Virus record (IMG/VR): IMGVR_UViG_3300036853_000446
Location: 343,635 to 407,634 of that record
DNA length: 64,000 bases
Reading direction: 5' to 3' (one strand)
In this document: positions 17,789-26,967 of the stretch, one piece after another
Position numbering within the stretch: position 1 is the first letter of the stretch
Layout of the letters: each line of letters opens with the position of its first letter
Notes under the pieces: generated by a model
The model's input: the letters and a program-made list of their open reading frames with translations, nothing else
What the model was told of the DNA's origin: nothing
The model's database searches: none
Made by a program: the position numbers and the translations under genes

Positions 17789-18266
17789 AATCCTCCCCGT
17801 CGAGGTAGTCCATCAGGCCGCGCTTCTCGCTAACCCCCGACGCCCTCACCTTGCGCTCGGCCATCGACCCATACCGCTTGGTGATGACGATACGACTGGC
17901 GCTACCATTCTTGTATTGGGCGATGAGAACTTCGCCGACCTTGAGCTTCAGCGCCGGGGTCATGAAGATCGAGCCCCCAGCGCGCGCCATGTCGCTTGGC
18001 ACCCATTCAACGAGTGGCTCGAGGCACCTCGACCGAGCCCCCCGGGTCAGGGAGAGCTTGACGAGAGGGCCCGCGCTCGGCTTCACGCGGGCCGTAATGA
18101 CGGGCCAATCGCTGGGGTTCGCCATGACTTGAGCCCCGGGGTCATCGTCGGCGATCTCTTCGAGATCACCACCCCACCGGATGAGGGTCACCGTTCTGAC
18201 GTTTTTGTCTTGTTTATAGACACGCCAGCGGTGACCCCCATATTTGACGAGGGCCCCGAGATCCAT
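17778..18266 (-). CDS. hypothetical protein
   Basis: 162-aa ORF packed between neighbours. Confidence 0.6.
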   Translation of the reverse strand: MDLGALVKYGGHRWRVYKQDKNVRTVTLIRWGGDLEEIADDDPGAQVMANPSDWPVITARVKPSAGPLVKLSLTRGARSRCLEPLVEWVPSDMARAGGSIFMTPALKLKVGEVLIAQYKNGSASRIVITKRYGSMAERKVRASGVSEKRGLMDYLDGEDFVD

Positions 18267-18268
18267 CG

Positions 18269-19237
18269 TCAGGCCGCGTTTGCGCCAGCGAACGGGCCAT
18301 CGAGCACGTTCGATCCGAGGTCTTCGACACCATTGGAGCCGTGACTCTTCTTGCCGTTCGGCTTGCGCACCGTGACTTCTTTCTTGGCCGCGCCACCCTT
18401 GACCGGTACTGCAGCCTTGGCAGTAGCAGGCGAGGGGGTAACGGGGGCCGGTGGCGTGCCAGGCGTGCTGGGCGTGGGATCGGATCCGCCCCTCTTCACC
18501 CGGTAAACCCCGCGCTTGACGCGATCGAAATCGTCGGCAATGTGCGTCGACAGAATGAGGCTGATATAGCCGCTGAGATTCGTGCTCGTTGGAACCCAGG
18601 CCGCATTGTGCGCCCTCAAAAGCTCGATGGCCTCGGGGATCGTTACATCGCGCGAGCCCATCACGACCTTGAGCCTCTCAGTCAGTGGCGGGCCTCTCTC
18701 AGCAGAGACGCGGGCAACCTTGACCCCCCCGTTCTTCTTCGTCTTGACGGCCTTTGGCGGCTTCACCTTATCGGCTGACTTGTCTGCAGCCTTATCGGCT
18801 GCCTTGTCGGCTGCCTTGTCCGCAGCCTTGTCCGCTGCTTTTGACTTCGTCGCCGAGGCTGCAGCCGTCGAAATCACGGCCGCCGCTTGTGCGGCTGTAG
18901 CGATCTTTTTGCCCCCTGAGCCCTTCGGGCGCCCTCCGCGCTTCTTCGCGGGCGCCTCGACAGGCGCAACAACCTCAACCATTGGCCTGGCCGCCGGGGC
19001 TACCGCTTGCTCTGCCTCTGCCTCCTCTTCATTATCGTTCTTGACCAATGACTCGGCGGCCACGAGGTAGCTCGTCGCGATGACCCTCTTCTCATTGGCG
19101 CTCTTCAGCAGCCTTCCACTCTGTTTCTGCAGATCTACGATCCGCTCCGCGAGGACGGATCCGTCCGTCTCCTCTTTCTCGGCCTCCGTCAACAACTGCC
19201 GAGCCTCGATCATCTTCGCAAATAGTAATGCACTCAT
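18269..19237 (-). CDS. Lys/Ala/Pro-rich histone H1-like protein with AT-hook-like motif and probable HTH
   Basis: KKRGGRPKGS, AADK repeats, central domain LTERLKVVMG...DFDRVKRGVYRV; AAGGAG SD. Confidence 0.65.
   Translation of the reverse strand: MSALLFAKMIEARQLLTEAEKEETDGSVLAERIVDLQKQSGRLLKSANEKRVIATSYLVAAESLVKNDNEEEAEAEQAVAPAARPMVEVVAPVEAPAKKRGGRPKGSGGKKIATAAQAAAVISTAAASATKSKAADKAADKAADKAADKAADKSADKVKPPKAVKTKKNGGVKVARVSAERGPPLTERLKVVMGSRDVTIPEAIELLRAHNAAWVPTSTNLSGYISLILSTHIADDFDRVKRGVYRVKRGGSDPTPSTPGTPPAPVTPSPATAKAAVPVKGGAAKKEVTVRKPNGKKSHGSNGVEDLGSNVLDGPFAGANAA
18768..18842. repeat. 12-bp coding tandem repeat (AADK)
   Basis: gccttgtcggct-like units, about 6 copies. Confidence 0.8.
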
Positions 19238-19333
19238 CTCGCTAACTCCTTTTCGGTTCTCCTCCCTCGAAACGAGAGATTCATCAAGAACGACTCCGGA
19301 ACACTTGGGAATGTCAAGTACAAGTTGTAAGGT

Positions 19334-19651
19334 TCATGATTCACTCTGTGTGAGTCTTTCGATCACACTCTCTTGAGAGGGACTCATGTCGATGGATTTT
19401 TTGTTGGTGAAGAAGCACTGCTTGAGTTGAAAACAGGTCGCGACGACGTCCGGACCTGCCTTCAGCCCTTCACAGGATTCGCATAGCGATGAGCCGAAAT
19501 TCTTCGAGAACCGATCGCGCGCGGCGTCGTTCGAAAACGCTCGAATCTCTTTGATGAATTCATTCACGGCCGCCCAAGCCTTGGCGGGGTCTCCCTCGGA
19601 AAAGGTCTCGTAGATCGCTCGCTCGTAGCGATCGATCTCCGTCGAACTCAA
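19334..19651 (-). CDS. hypothetical protein with Cys motifs
   Basis: TTG start overlapping the upstream TGA; LCESCEG...CFQLKQC. Confidence 0.5.
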   Translation of the reverse strand: MSSTEIDRYERAIYETFSEGDPAKAWAAVNEFIKEIRAFSNDAARDRFSKNFGSSLCESCEGLKAGPDVVATCFQLKQCFFTNKKSIDMSPSQESVIERLTQSES

Positions 19652-19869
19652 AATTCTCGGTCTAGGTCCTGATCGCAAACGATCCCTAGAGATCGCAGGG
19701 TTTTCTCCTCCTGATTCAGCTCCAGGGCTCTCTCGAGGCCCAGCACTCGGCGGTCCGCCACCTTCCGTGCTCGCACCAAAGCCTTCTGACAAAGAGCCCT
19801 CCACTCTCGCGGCGTCGATGCGGCGCGCGGTATGACCGGTTCGCGATTACGCAGTACGGTTTTCGGCAT
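19648..19869 (-). CDS. small hypothetical protein
   Basis: 73-aa helical ORF coupled to neighbours. Confidence 0.35.
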   Translation of the reverse strand: MPKTVLRNREPVIPRAASTPREWRALCQKALVRARKVADRRVLGLERALELNQEEKTLRSLGIVCDQDLDREF

Positions 19870-20296
19870 GTGTCGAGTCTTCCTGATTCAGCTCGCTGCT
19901 GCGTCGGAGATGCATGCCCACTGCCGAACCGGATCCAGCGGCAGCATGAACGCCATCAACACGGCCTTCTTCTCTCTCGGACATGACCTGCATTCGAAGA
20001 GTGGACTCCAGTCGCCTCCAGGCGTCCAAAGGCGCGTCTAACGGTTTCTCGAACACCACGGCCTGAAGCCGTAAGCTGACCTCCCGCTGAATCTCGATCT
20101 CCGCCGAAAGGGTCTCGTAATCATCGGCGAGCGCGTTCGCCAACATTTCGAGTCGAGCCGTCTGCTCCTCCAGGTCCTTGATGACCTTGGGCAGCTCCGT
20201 CGTTCCGCTCAAAGCTTGAACGGCGCTCTGCACTTGGGTCACGGCCTCATGAAGTTTCGTGACCCCTTGCCGTCGAAGACGTCGTGCGGCGCTCAT
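19847..20296 (-). CDS. coiled-coil hypothetical protein
   Basis: ATG overlaps the upstream stop (ATGA); heptad-like composition. Confidence 0.55.
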   Translation of the reverse strand: MSAARRLRRQGVTKLHEAVTQVQSAVQALSGTTELPKVIKDLEEQTARLEMLANALADDYETLSAEIEIQREVSLRLQAVVFEKPLDAPLDAWRRLESTLRMQVMSEREEGRVDGVHAAAGSGSAVGMHLRRSSELNQEDSTHAENRTA

Positions 20297-20670
20297 CGGC
20301 GTGCCGTGGGGGGTCGACCCCGAAAGACCGAATAAAAGGGTATACCGGCGGGGTTGCGAGCCTCGCGAGCCTGTAGTTCGTCGGACCACTCGATGTTCGG
20401 GAGGAGCCGGGTAACATTAATGAGCTGACGCAATTGCGGGTTCGACGTCACCTTGGGCAGATCCTCCCGGGCGCGGGGATCGTGCTCGAGGATATCGACA
20501 ACTTGCCGTTCGGATAGCAAGTCGAGCATGCAGATGCCGCGCTTCCCGGTGGAAAGATCAACGACGCCCTCGACCCACACGTTGTTGACGACGTCGAGGT
20601 CACAGTACGTCTCGGGCTCTGAGCCCGCGCACGTTTCGTATCCGGTTTCTGAGGGGTCGACAGCGGACAT
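20293..20670 (-). CDS. hypothetical protein
   Basis: 125-aa ORF in a co-oriented run. Confidence 0.55.
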   Translation of the reverse strand: MSAVDPSETGYETCAGSEPETYCDLDVVNNVWVEGVVDLSTGKRGICMLDLLSERQVVDILEHDPRAREDLPKVTSNPQLRQLINVTRLLPNIEWSDELQAREARNPAGIPFYSVFRGRPPTARR

Positions 20671-20679
20671 GTTCTTCCT

Positions 20680-20985
20680 TCAAGGCGCGTCTTGGAGCCA
20701 ATCAACACGGTGCAGCAATACTTTTTGAGGCTCGCCCGGGCAAACGAGGTAGGACCTCAAATATAGGTGAGGTCTGCGTCTCCGAACCTCGTGGCCCCCG
20801 AGGGCATAGCGCGCGTCCCCCTTCCCTACGGATGCTTCTCCTGGAGATAAAGCCCTGACCAACAGTTGAGCCAGCTGGTTGAAATCGGTGGTTACAGTCG
20901 CGCTCGAGACTTCACTGTCCGTGAGATCCAAAGAGTCCTCGTCCGGCGGCATCGAGGGAACAAACGTGGCCTTTGCATCAGTCAT
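20680..20985 (-). CDS. hypothetical protein
   Basis: 101-aa ORF in a co-oriented run. Confidence 0.5.
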   Translation of the reverse strand: MTDAKATFVPSMPPDEDSLDLTDSEVSSATVTTDFNQLAQLLVRALSPGEASVGKGDARYALGGHEVRRRRPHLYLRSYLVCPGEPQKVLLHRVDWLQDAP

Positions 20986-21796
20986 TTGTTGATCCCTTCA
21001 ACATTCTGAGCCTGGTTGTGTTGCGCTTCTTGGGAGAAGTGGCCTGATTTGCGGAGTAACAGTACAGACAACCATAGGGGCAGGCCTCATTCTGCGAGAA
21101 AGGGTCTACCAACAGCGCGCAACCGCAACCTTCCCCTTTGATCTTGGGACCAAACCGCAACCCATCCTCACAGATCCCCCGCCGCACGCGCTCGTCGATG
21201 GGTGTGGATAAGTCATCGTTGCACAGGATCAACTCGAGGGTCGTGACCTTGGACAGTCTCGAAAGGAGGGCTTGCCTTTCATCCCGAGTTCGGGTTTCGG
21301 GAGCCCAATCGTTGTCTTGGACGAACGCGAGATAGACGTCTTTGATCCCTAAGGTCGTGGCTCGAGCCGCGATGCGTTGGAAACGCTCGACGGCGTCATT
21401 AACGATCGGCACGGGCGAAAACCGCCAACGGACGTTCTCGACCCCAAAGGCCTCGACGGCGCTTGCCAGTAAATCGAGGCCCTCCTCTATCCCCGGCGCT
21501 TTCGATTCGACCTCGTGCCAGCCGGTGAGGGTAAAGTGGATGACCTTTTGGTAGGCGCTCAATATTCGAGCGTCTTTGACCAGGTTCCGGCAGTTTCGGG
21601 TCCAGAAAACGAGCCCAAGAGTGTCGGCCGGGTCCAGGGACCACCGATCGGGGAGCCCGGTTCTGGGATCCATCGCAATCATGCTTCTTTCTGCAAGCTG
21701 GGTCCGAAACCACTCCCACTTTCCCGCGGGCAGATCGGTCCAGCGTGACAGACTATAGGGAAAGCCTTCGGCGAGACCTCGACGTATTTGGCTCAT
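20978..21796 (-). CDS. DUF1848-like (radical-SAM-related) protein
   Basis: SLSRWTDLP...WF, VFWTRN, VRWRFSP, terminal CPYGCLYCY. Confidence 0.75.
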   Translation of the reverse strand: MSQIRRGLAEGFPYSLSRWTDLPAGKWEWFRTQLAERSMIAMDPRTGLPDRWSLDPADTLGLVFWTRNCRNLVKDARILSAYQKVIHFTLTGWHEVESKAPGIEEGLDLLASAVEAFGVENVRWRFSPVPIVNDAVERFQRIAARATTLGIKDVYLAFVQDNDWAPETRTRDERQALLSRLSKVTTLELILCNDDLSTPIDERVRRGICEDGLRFGPKIKGEGCGCALLVDPFSQNEACPYGCLYCYSANQATSPKKRNTTRLRMLKGSTND

Positions 21797-21809
21797 GACC
21801 TTTGATCCC

Positions 21810-21816
21810 TACACCG
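21810..21816 (-). promoter_or_regulatory. CGGTGTA motif, 13 nt before DUF1848-like start
   Basis: Exact heptamer, intergenic. Confidence 0.6.
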
Positions 21817-21834
21817 GTGGAGCGGGGGCAAATC

Positions 21835-22350
21835 TCATAGGTTTGGGATCGCCTTCCGGAGTCCTTCGAGAGCAATATCGAGCCAAGCCGAGAAGTGTTT
21901 GTGCCAAATCTCGAGTCGGCGCACATCGTAGGCGATTTGGTTCCGTTTGAATCCCGGCCGCTCGAGGAACTCGGTTACCTCCGTCGCGAACTCGATTTGT
22001 GCTTTCGTCGGCGGGTCGAGATAGGATTCGATTCGAGAGGCCGTTTCTGGATTTGCATCCATGACGTCATCGTAAAGAGCGAGCAGCTCACGTTGGATGC
22101 TGGTGAAAGGCTCCCAAAAGTCGATGAAATCATCCTGCCAGACGAAGTCCCCATCCAAATCCTTCCGTGACGAGAGCCGCGCCCCCCTCAGCGTGGCGGG
22201 GAAAGTCGAAGACCACGCCTTGTATTTCTCGAGCTGGGCCAAAGCCTCCTCGAAAAGGGCCCGGCTCTCGTCGACAGCGAGGTGCTGCCGCGCCACGCGG
22301 TCCGACATGATTCGCTCGGTAACCCGGAGGGCGATGGTTTGGCGGGGCAT
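21835..22350 (-). CDS. hypothetical protein with N-terminal RVxxR tags
   Basis: MPRQTIALRVTERIMSDRVARQHL; TCCTTTTAT motif upstream. Confidence 0.6.
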   Translation of the reverse strand: MPRQTIALRVTERIMSDRVARQHLAVDESRALFEEALAQLEKYKAWSSTFPATLRGARLSSRKDLDGDFVWQDDFIDFWEPFTSIQRELLALYDDVMDANPETASRIESYLDPPTKAQIEFATEVTEFLERPGFKRNQIAYDVRRLEIWHKHFSAWLDIALEGLRKAIPNL

Positions 22351-22364
22351 GCCCTTTGGCGCCG

Positions 22365-22373
22365 ATAAAAGGA
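22365..22373 (-). promoter_or_regulatory. TCCTTTTAT motif, 14 nt before start 22350
   Basis: Intergenic AT-rich 9-mer in GC-rich DNA. Confidence 0.4.
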
Positions 22374-23624
22374 CTAGGCTCGCGCGGCTTGGACTTGGGT
22401 CCTCTCGACAATGACAGGGCCGGCGACACCGTTGACGAAATCGGCCGTGACCCGAAGGGCCAAAACCTCGGGACGGCTCGGGATATCGAGGTCGTAGGGC
22501 AATAGCAGCCTCTTCAGAGTGCCCCGCAGCGCGCGGGCCCCGGTCTCCCTGGCCTTGGCTTTCTTCGCGATCGCGAGCAAGGCGTTCGAGTCGAACTGCA
22601 GCTCGACATCGTCCATGGCGTAGAGTGCCTGCAGTTGCTTCACGATGGCGTCTTTTGGCTCGGTCAAGACGCGCACCAGCTCGGCCTCGGTCAGCGGCAA
22701 GACGCTCGTGAGCACGGGCAGCCGTCCTGCCAGTTCGGGGATGATGCCAAACTCGATGATGTCCTCGTCGATCAGGCTCGGGTAAAGGTCGGCGTCGGAC
22801 ACATTCTCTCGCAGCTTGTTCCCAAACCCGAGCTTGGCCGTCTTGTTGAGCCGGTTGCCGATCGTGTTTTGGATTCCGGCGAAACTTCCCATGGCGATGA
22901 ACAGGATGTTCGTCGTATCGACGACGATGGCCTCCTTGGTCACGTCGCCCACGCGGGCCCCCAGCCCCTTGGATACGGTCACCTCGCCGCCCTCCACCAT
23001 CTTTAGGAGGGCCTGCTGGACGCCTTCACCGCTGACGTCCCGATACCCCGCCACCTCGCGACCCGTCTTGCGCCCGATCTTGTCGATCTCGTCGATGACG
23101 ATAATCCCCCATTTCGCCTTCTCGACGTCCCAGGAGCATTTCTCGAGGAGCCCTTGAAGCAGGCTTTCGGGGTCGTCCCCCGCATACCCGGCCTGAGTGA
23201 TGCGCGTGGCGTCTCCGATGTGGATGGGCACTCGGAGCATCCGGGCGATCGTGCGAGCTATTTGCGTCTTGCCGGACCCCGTCGGCCCCACGATCAGGAT
23301 GTTGCTCTTCTCAATGTCGACGGTTTCTCCCTTGAAGGTGAAGCCGCGCCGCACGGCGTCCCGCCGCTTGTAGTGTTCGTAGACGGCCGCCGCGATCGTG
23401 CGCTTCGCTAGGTCCTGCCCAATCACGTAGTCGTCGAGGCGAGCGAGTATCTCCCGCGGTTTCGGCAGCGGGACGTCCGACGGGTCTTCTTTAGGTTTTG
23501 CTGATAATGCTCGGATGCCATCACGCAGACACCCATCGCAGATGAAGGCGTTTGGGTCGCGCGTGGAAGGGACGAGGATTTTGACTTCGTTTCGAGGGCG
23601 ACGACAGAATGAACAATTGACCAT
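22374..23624 (-). CDS. clpX: ClpX AAA+ unfoldase
   Basis: CSFC..CDGC Zn domain, GPTGSGKT, IDEIDKI, RDVSGEGVQQALLK, LGF loop, GARAL. Confidence 0.95.
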   Translation of the reverse strand: MVNCSFCRRPRNEVKILVPSTRDPNAFICDGCLRDGIRALSAKPKEDPSDVPLPKPREILARLDDYVIGQDLAKRTIAAAVYEHYKRRDAVRRGFTFKGETVDIEKSNILIVGPTGSGKTQIARTIARMLRVPIHIGDATRITQAGYAGDDPESLLQGLLEKCSWDVEKAKWGIIVIDEIDKIGRKTGREVAGYRDVSGEGVQQALLKMVEGGEVTVSKGLGARVGDVTKEAIVVDTTNILFIAMGSFAGIQNTIGNRLNKTAKLGFGNKLRENVSDADLYPSLIDEDIIEFGIIPELAGRLPVLTSVLPLTEAELVRVLTEPKDAIVKQLQALYAMDDVELQFDSNALLAIAKKAKARETGARALRGTLKRLLLPYDLDIPSRPEVLALRVTADFVNGVAGPVIVERTQVQAARA

Positions 23625-23637
23625 CAGAAAACGCCAA

Positions 23638-23644
23638 TACACCG
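23638..23644 (-). promoter_or_regulatory. CGGTGTA motif, 13 nt before clpX start
   Basis: Exact heptamer, intergenic. Confidence 0.6.
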
Positions 23645-23650
23645 ATGATT

Positions 23651-23884
23651 TCAGGTTCTCAGGGTCTCAGAATCGCCATCGGTGTCCGCGGCGAACGCTG
23701 CGAGAATGATTGCAGCCTTGACCTTGGCAGCCTCCCAAGACTCGGCGCTCAAGGTCTGAACGATCGGATACGGTTTGCGCCATCTGAAGTCGACACAGTC
23801 GTTGTGGGCGCTGTATCTCACCGGGCAGAGCAAGCAATCCCGCAAGTCCTCGGTGAAGAGCAGCGTGTATTCAGACGTCGTCAT
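23651..23884 (-). CDS. small hypothetical protein
   Basis: ATG overlapping the nitrilase 3' end; 77 aa. Confidence 0.45.
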   Translation of the reverse strand: MTTSEYTLLFTEDLRDCLLCPVRYSAHNDCVDFRWRKPYPIVQTLSAESWEAAKVKAAIILAAFAADTDGDSETLRT

Positions 23885-24593
23885 AGACGATGCAGGGCTT
23901 CGACCACTCGAGTCCCCGACAGTGCACACGGCCCTCCGGATTGATGATGCAGATGCCGCCTTCTCCGAAGTCGTTATTTTCCTCCAGCCCGAATCTGTTG
24001 CTAACGATCAGATGAACTCGATTTCGTTTGGCAAACCTCACCCATGAGCCGCTCGGGAACGCGCCATTGCCGAAATTCGCACTGTACGCGATGACATCCG
24101 CGTCTCCCGCTTCGTAGAGATCATTCAGGGAATCCGACTTGTCTCTCACGTCTCGGCAGATCAGGAGACCGATTCGCTTCCCTTCGACCGTCACGACCGG
24201 GGGACTCATCGTTCCGGGCGTGGCCCAGAGCCAGTCATTTCCCCATTGATTTAGCTTCCGGCACGAAGACTGAAGCCCACCGGGTCCAACGAGCGCCTGG
24301 CAGTTGTATAGATTCCCATCGTCACCAAGCTCCATGAATCCGTACGCCACGTGCACGTCGAAGCGCGAGCACAGGCTCATCATCGAACGACAAGTGCGCC
24401 CGTCTTCAACGGATTCGGCAAATGGGCGAGCCTCATCGTCATAGAGGAAGGAATACCCACACGTCGCGAGTTCGGGCAGGACGACGACACGGGCCCCCGC
24501 CTGCGCAGCCTGCGCGGTGAGTTTCAGCATTTGACTCAGGTTGGCCGCGTAGTTCTTAAACCTTGGGGCCATCTGGACGGCAGCGACGAGCAT
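23871..24593 (-). CDS. carbon-nitrogen hydrolase (nitrilase superfamily)
   Basis: AAVQM, VLPEL (E), CRK (K), LLICRD (C) catalytic triad. Confidence 0.9.
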   Translation of the reverse strand: MLVAAVQMAPRFKNYAANLSQMLKLTAQAAQAGARVVVLPELATCGYSFLYDDEARPFAESVEDGRTCRSMMSLCSRFDVHVAYGFMELGDDGNLYNCQALVGPGGLQSSCRKLNQWGNDWLWATPGTMSPPVVTVEGKRIGLLICRDVRDKSDSLNDLYEAGDADVIAYSANFGNGAFPSGSWVRFAKRNRVHLIVSNRFGLEENNDFGEGGICIINPEGRVHCRGLEWSKPCIVYDDV

Positions 24594-24648
24594 CGCCTAC
24601 GCGGGTCCACAAGTGGATCAAGTGCCTCGCGTCAGACCCTGAAATCCG

Positions 24649-25020
24649 TCAACTCGGAAACTGCCGCGTCCAGAACTTGTTGGCCGTCCCCCGCCAGCGG
24701 CGGTTGTAACCGGGCAATCTGGCTGCCTGGACGTTCACGATCGGAATTGCCCCCTCGGTCGTCTTCGAGACCAAGAGGTAACCGGCCTGGCTCGGCAGGA
24801 TGAGAGCGCGGGCTTCCTCTTGAAAGAACGGGAGGAGCGCCTCGAGTCGCGGACAGTCCGTCTTGAACCGAACAAATGTCGTCGCCCCAACGCTCAGCGG
24901 CCCATAGGGTTCGAGGAAGTCGAACTTTAGGCCGATGGCGTTGGCGTACTTAAAGAATGTCTGGATCCCGTGAACCTCTCGCTCGCCGGCTTTGATCTCG
25001 ACGGCGGCAAAATGGCTCAT
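24649..25020 (-). CDS. hypothetical protein
   Basis: TGATG overlap with the upstream gene; MSHFAAVEIK start. Confidence 0.5.
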   Translation of the reverse strand: MSHFAAVEIKAGEREVHGIQTFFKYANAIGLKFDFLEPYGPLSVGATTFVRFKTDCPRLEALLPFFQEEARALILPSQAGYLLVSKTTEGAIPIVNVQAARLPGYNRRWRGTANKFWTRQFPS

Positions 25021-25220
25021 CAGACGAGGCCCTCTTTTGCCGCGAGCCAATACGGCAGCGAGATGTCTCCGTCTTCTCCTACCTTGCCCAGCGAGCCGCA
25101 GTAGGCTCGGGGCACCCAAACCTCGTCGCCCGTATCGAACCTGCAAAGGAGAGCGCTCTCCGTTGCAGCGACGACTGTCTTGACGGTCATGTCTACGTCT
25201 TCTTCGTCATCATGTGCCAT
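25020..25220 (-). CDS. small phage-type hypothetical protein
   Basis: TESALL...EVWVPR...SLPYWLAAKEGL; GGAGGG SD. Confidence 0.6.
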   Translation of the reverse strand: MAHDDEEDVDMTVKTVVAATESALLCRFDTGDEVWVPRAYCGSLGKVGEDGDISLPYWLAAKEGLV

Positions 25221-25262
25221 TTGAATCCCTCCGATGTAGTGAGTGCCCGCCTTTTGGGTGGC

Positions 25263-25523
25263 TCAAACGGGCTCTACACCGGAGGGCCTGGCCCTCTCGT
25301 ATCGAACGAGCGAACCGATCTTCTCGACGATTTTTACGACGAGATTCTCCATAAAGAGGTCTTCGAGCAGCCGTTCGGCGTCCTCGAGACTCCACAATGC
25401 GCCGCACGCGAGGGCCACCTCACCCACCAACATCGGGCGGCACTGCTTCTCCATCAGCTCGAGCGCCAGCGCTTTGGCTTCGTCCCGAGTGGCTCGGCGC
25501 TCTTTACGTTCCCAATCGCTCAT
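25263..25523 (-). CDS. small HTH-like hypothetical protein
   Basis: 86-aa ORF coupled to neighbours. Confidence 0.45.
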   Translation of the reverse strand: MSDWERKERRATRDEAKALALELMEKQCRPMLVGEVALACGALWSLEDAERLLEDLFMENLVVKIVEKIGSLVRYERARPSGVEPV

Positions 25524-25764
25524 GGTCAGGCCCGCGATCCCCCACCAAAAGAAGGTCGTCCAAGGTCGTAGGCGGTTGCTCGATCGGATTGATAGACAGC
25601 ACCTTGACGCCCAAATCTTCCAAGCGGCGGCGCACTTCCTCGATGTCCCGGGTCATGACCGTGAAGACGTTACAGCCTGGCTCGAGGAAGGCCTCCGGGT
25701 TGACGATCGAAACTTCCAGCGTGGTGTGAGCAACGATACTGAACTGCTTCATAACTTGACTCAT
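25504..25764 (-). CDS. small hypothetical protein
   Basis: 86-aa ORF in a co-oriented run. Confidence 0.45.
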   Translation of the reverse strand: MSQVMKQFSIVAHTTLEVSIVNPEAFLEPGCNVFTVMTRDIEEVRRRLEDLGVKVLSINPIEQPPTTLDDLLLVGDRGPDHERLGT

Positions 25765-25773
25765 GATCTTCTT

Positions 25774-26967
25774 TCAGGATGGCTCGACCGAAGATGCCCG
25801 CGCGATCCCGACAATCGACAGGACCTGGACCTTACGGAGGTCGACGTAGATCGTGTAGGGGACGGTCGCGGTGACCTCCCAGCGATCGGACAGTTCTCTG
25901 GTTTGTACTCCAAAGTTACTCGAGACAGAGAGCGACCCGACACAGCCGCTCATCCCGATGGTATCGGCACTTTCCACCGGAAAGACCTTCGTCTTGGCAG
26001 AACCGAGCAGCGAGAAAATGTCGGGGTCGCTCACCCAGAGTTCCTGCGACGCAAACAGCTGGTCCCTCACGCAATCCACGTTGAGCGGCACGATAGACCC
26101 GGCTTGTTCCTTAGCGCGGAAGCTCAATTGCCGGGCGATATCCCTGACCCATGCCTGGGGCGCGACGCTACGCAACGCCCCGAGCCGATTGTATCCCAGG
26201 TTGATCGTCCTCATGTCCTGGATGCCGAGGACTGACCGGGAACGGGCGACGCCCTCGATACGGACGAGGCAGGTCGTGTCGGTCGATACCTCGCGGGTGA
26301 AGCGCCTCAGAAACATACCGGCGGTGCCACCGGCGCGCCACAGCAGCTCGGACGGGTCATCCTCGGACAGCTCCTTGGCAAGGCTCGTCCGCCCAGCCCT
26401 CGACGCCACCCGCAAGCGACCATCCCCCTCGTCCCGCAAGAGATCCGTCTGATGGGAGCGCGCGACCAGGCTCGAGACGGTGTCCCCTTCCCGCGCGCGC
26501 TCGTGCCGACCGGTGACCAGTGCGGTCTCCAAGGCGGGGCTCAGCCGCGGAAGCGCTTGCCCCATGATTCCCGACTCTCTCGGAAGGACGCCGGGATCGT
26601 GGAGGTCACCCTCGGCCACGACCAATTGAACCCGTCCCGTCTCCTTGTCGACGAGAAACACGCCCTCCTCGAGGGGCGCGCCCGGGAGGCACGCGAGCTG
26701 GTGGTATTCGTCGGCCAGGTATTGGCAAGCGTCGGCGACCTCGTCGAACGAGTGCCCGTCAGCCCGAACGAACACGCGGGTGACCAGCATGTCTCGAAGC
26801 CACTCCACGGATTTATGCTCGGCCTTGAACTGCACGAACAGCGCCCGAAGGTCAGTGTCCCGCTGGAGCACGCCTCGAACAAAGAGCAACAACGGTGCCA
26901 CCGGGTTGGCAGTGGACCGAACCAGGACCGTCGGCGCCTCGCGGCCCTGGACGACGAGAAGGCTCAC
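25774..26967 (-). CDS. hypothetical protein
   Basis: 397-aa ORF, GTGA-coupled to the AAA ATPase. Confidence 0.65.
   Translation of the reverse strand: MSLLVVQGREAPTVLVRSTANPVAPLLLFVRGVLQRDTDLRALFVQFKAEHKSVEWLRDMLVTRVFVRADGHSFDEVADACQYLADEYHQLACLPGAPLEEGVFLVDKETGRVQLVVAEGDLHDPGVLPRESGIMGQALPRLSPALETALVTGRHERAREGDTVSSLVARSHQTDLLRDEGDGRLRVASRAGRTSLAKELSEDDPSELLWRAGGTAGMFLRRFTREVSTDTTCLVRIEGVARSRSVLGIQDMRTINLGYNRLGALRSVAPQAWVRDIARQLSFRAKEQAGSIVPLNVDCVRDQLFASQELWVSDPDIFSLLGSAKTKVFPVESADTIGMSGCVGSLSVSSNFGVQTRELSDRWEVTATVPYTIYVDLRKVQVLSIVGIARASSVEPS

Noticed and set aside
19312-19317. TTGACA sigma70 -35 box upstream of the H1-like gene
   Set aside because: No acceptable -10 hexamer at 16-18 nt spacing.
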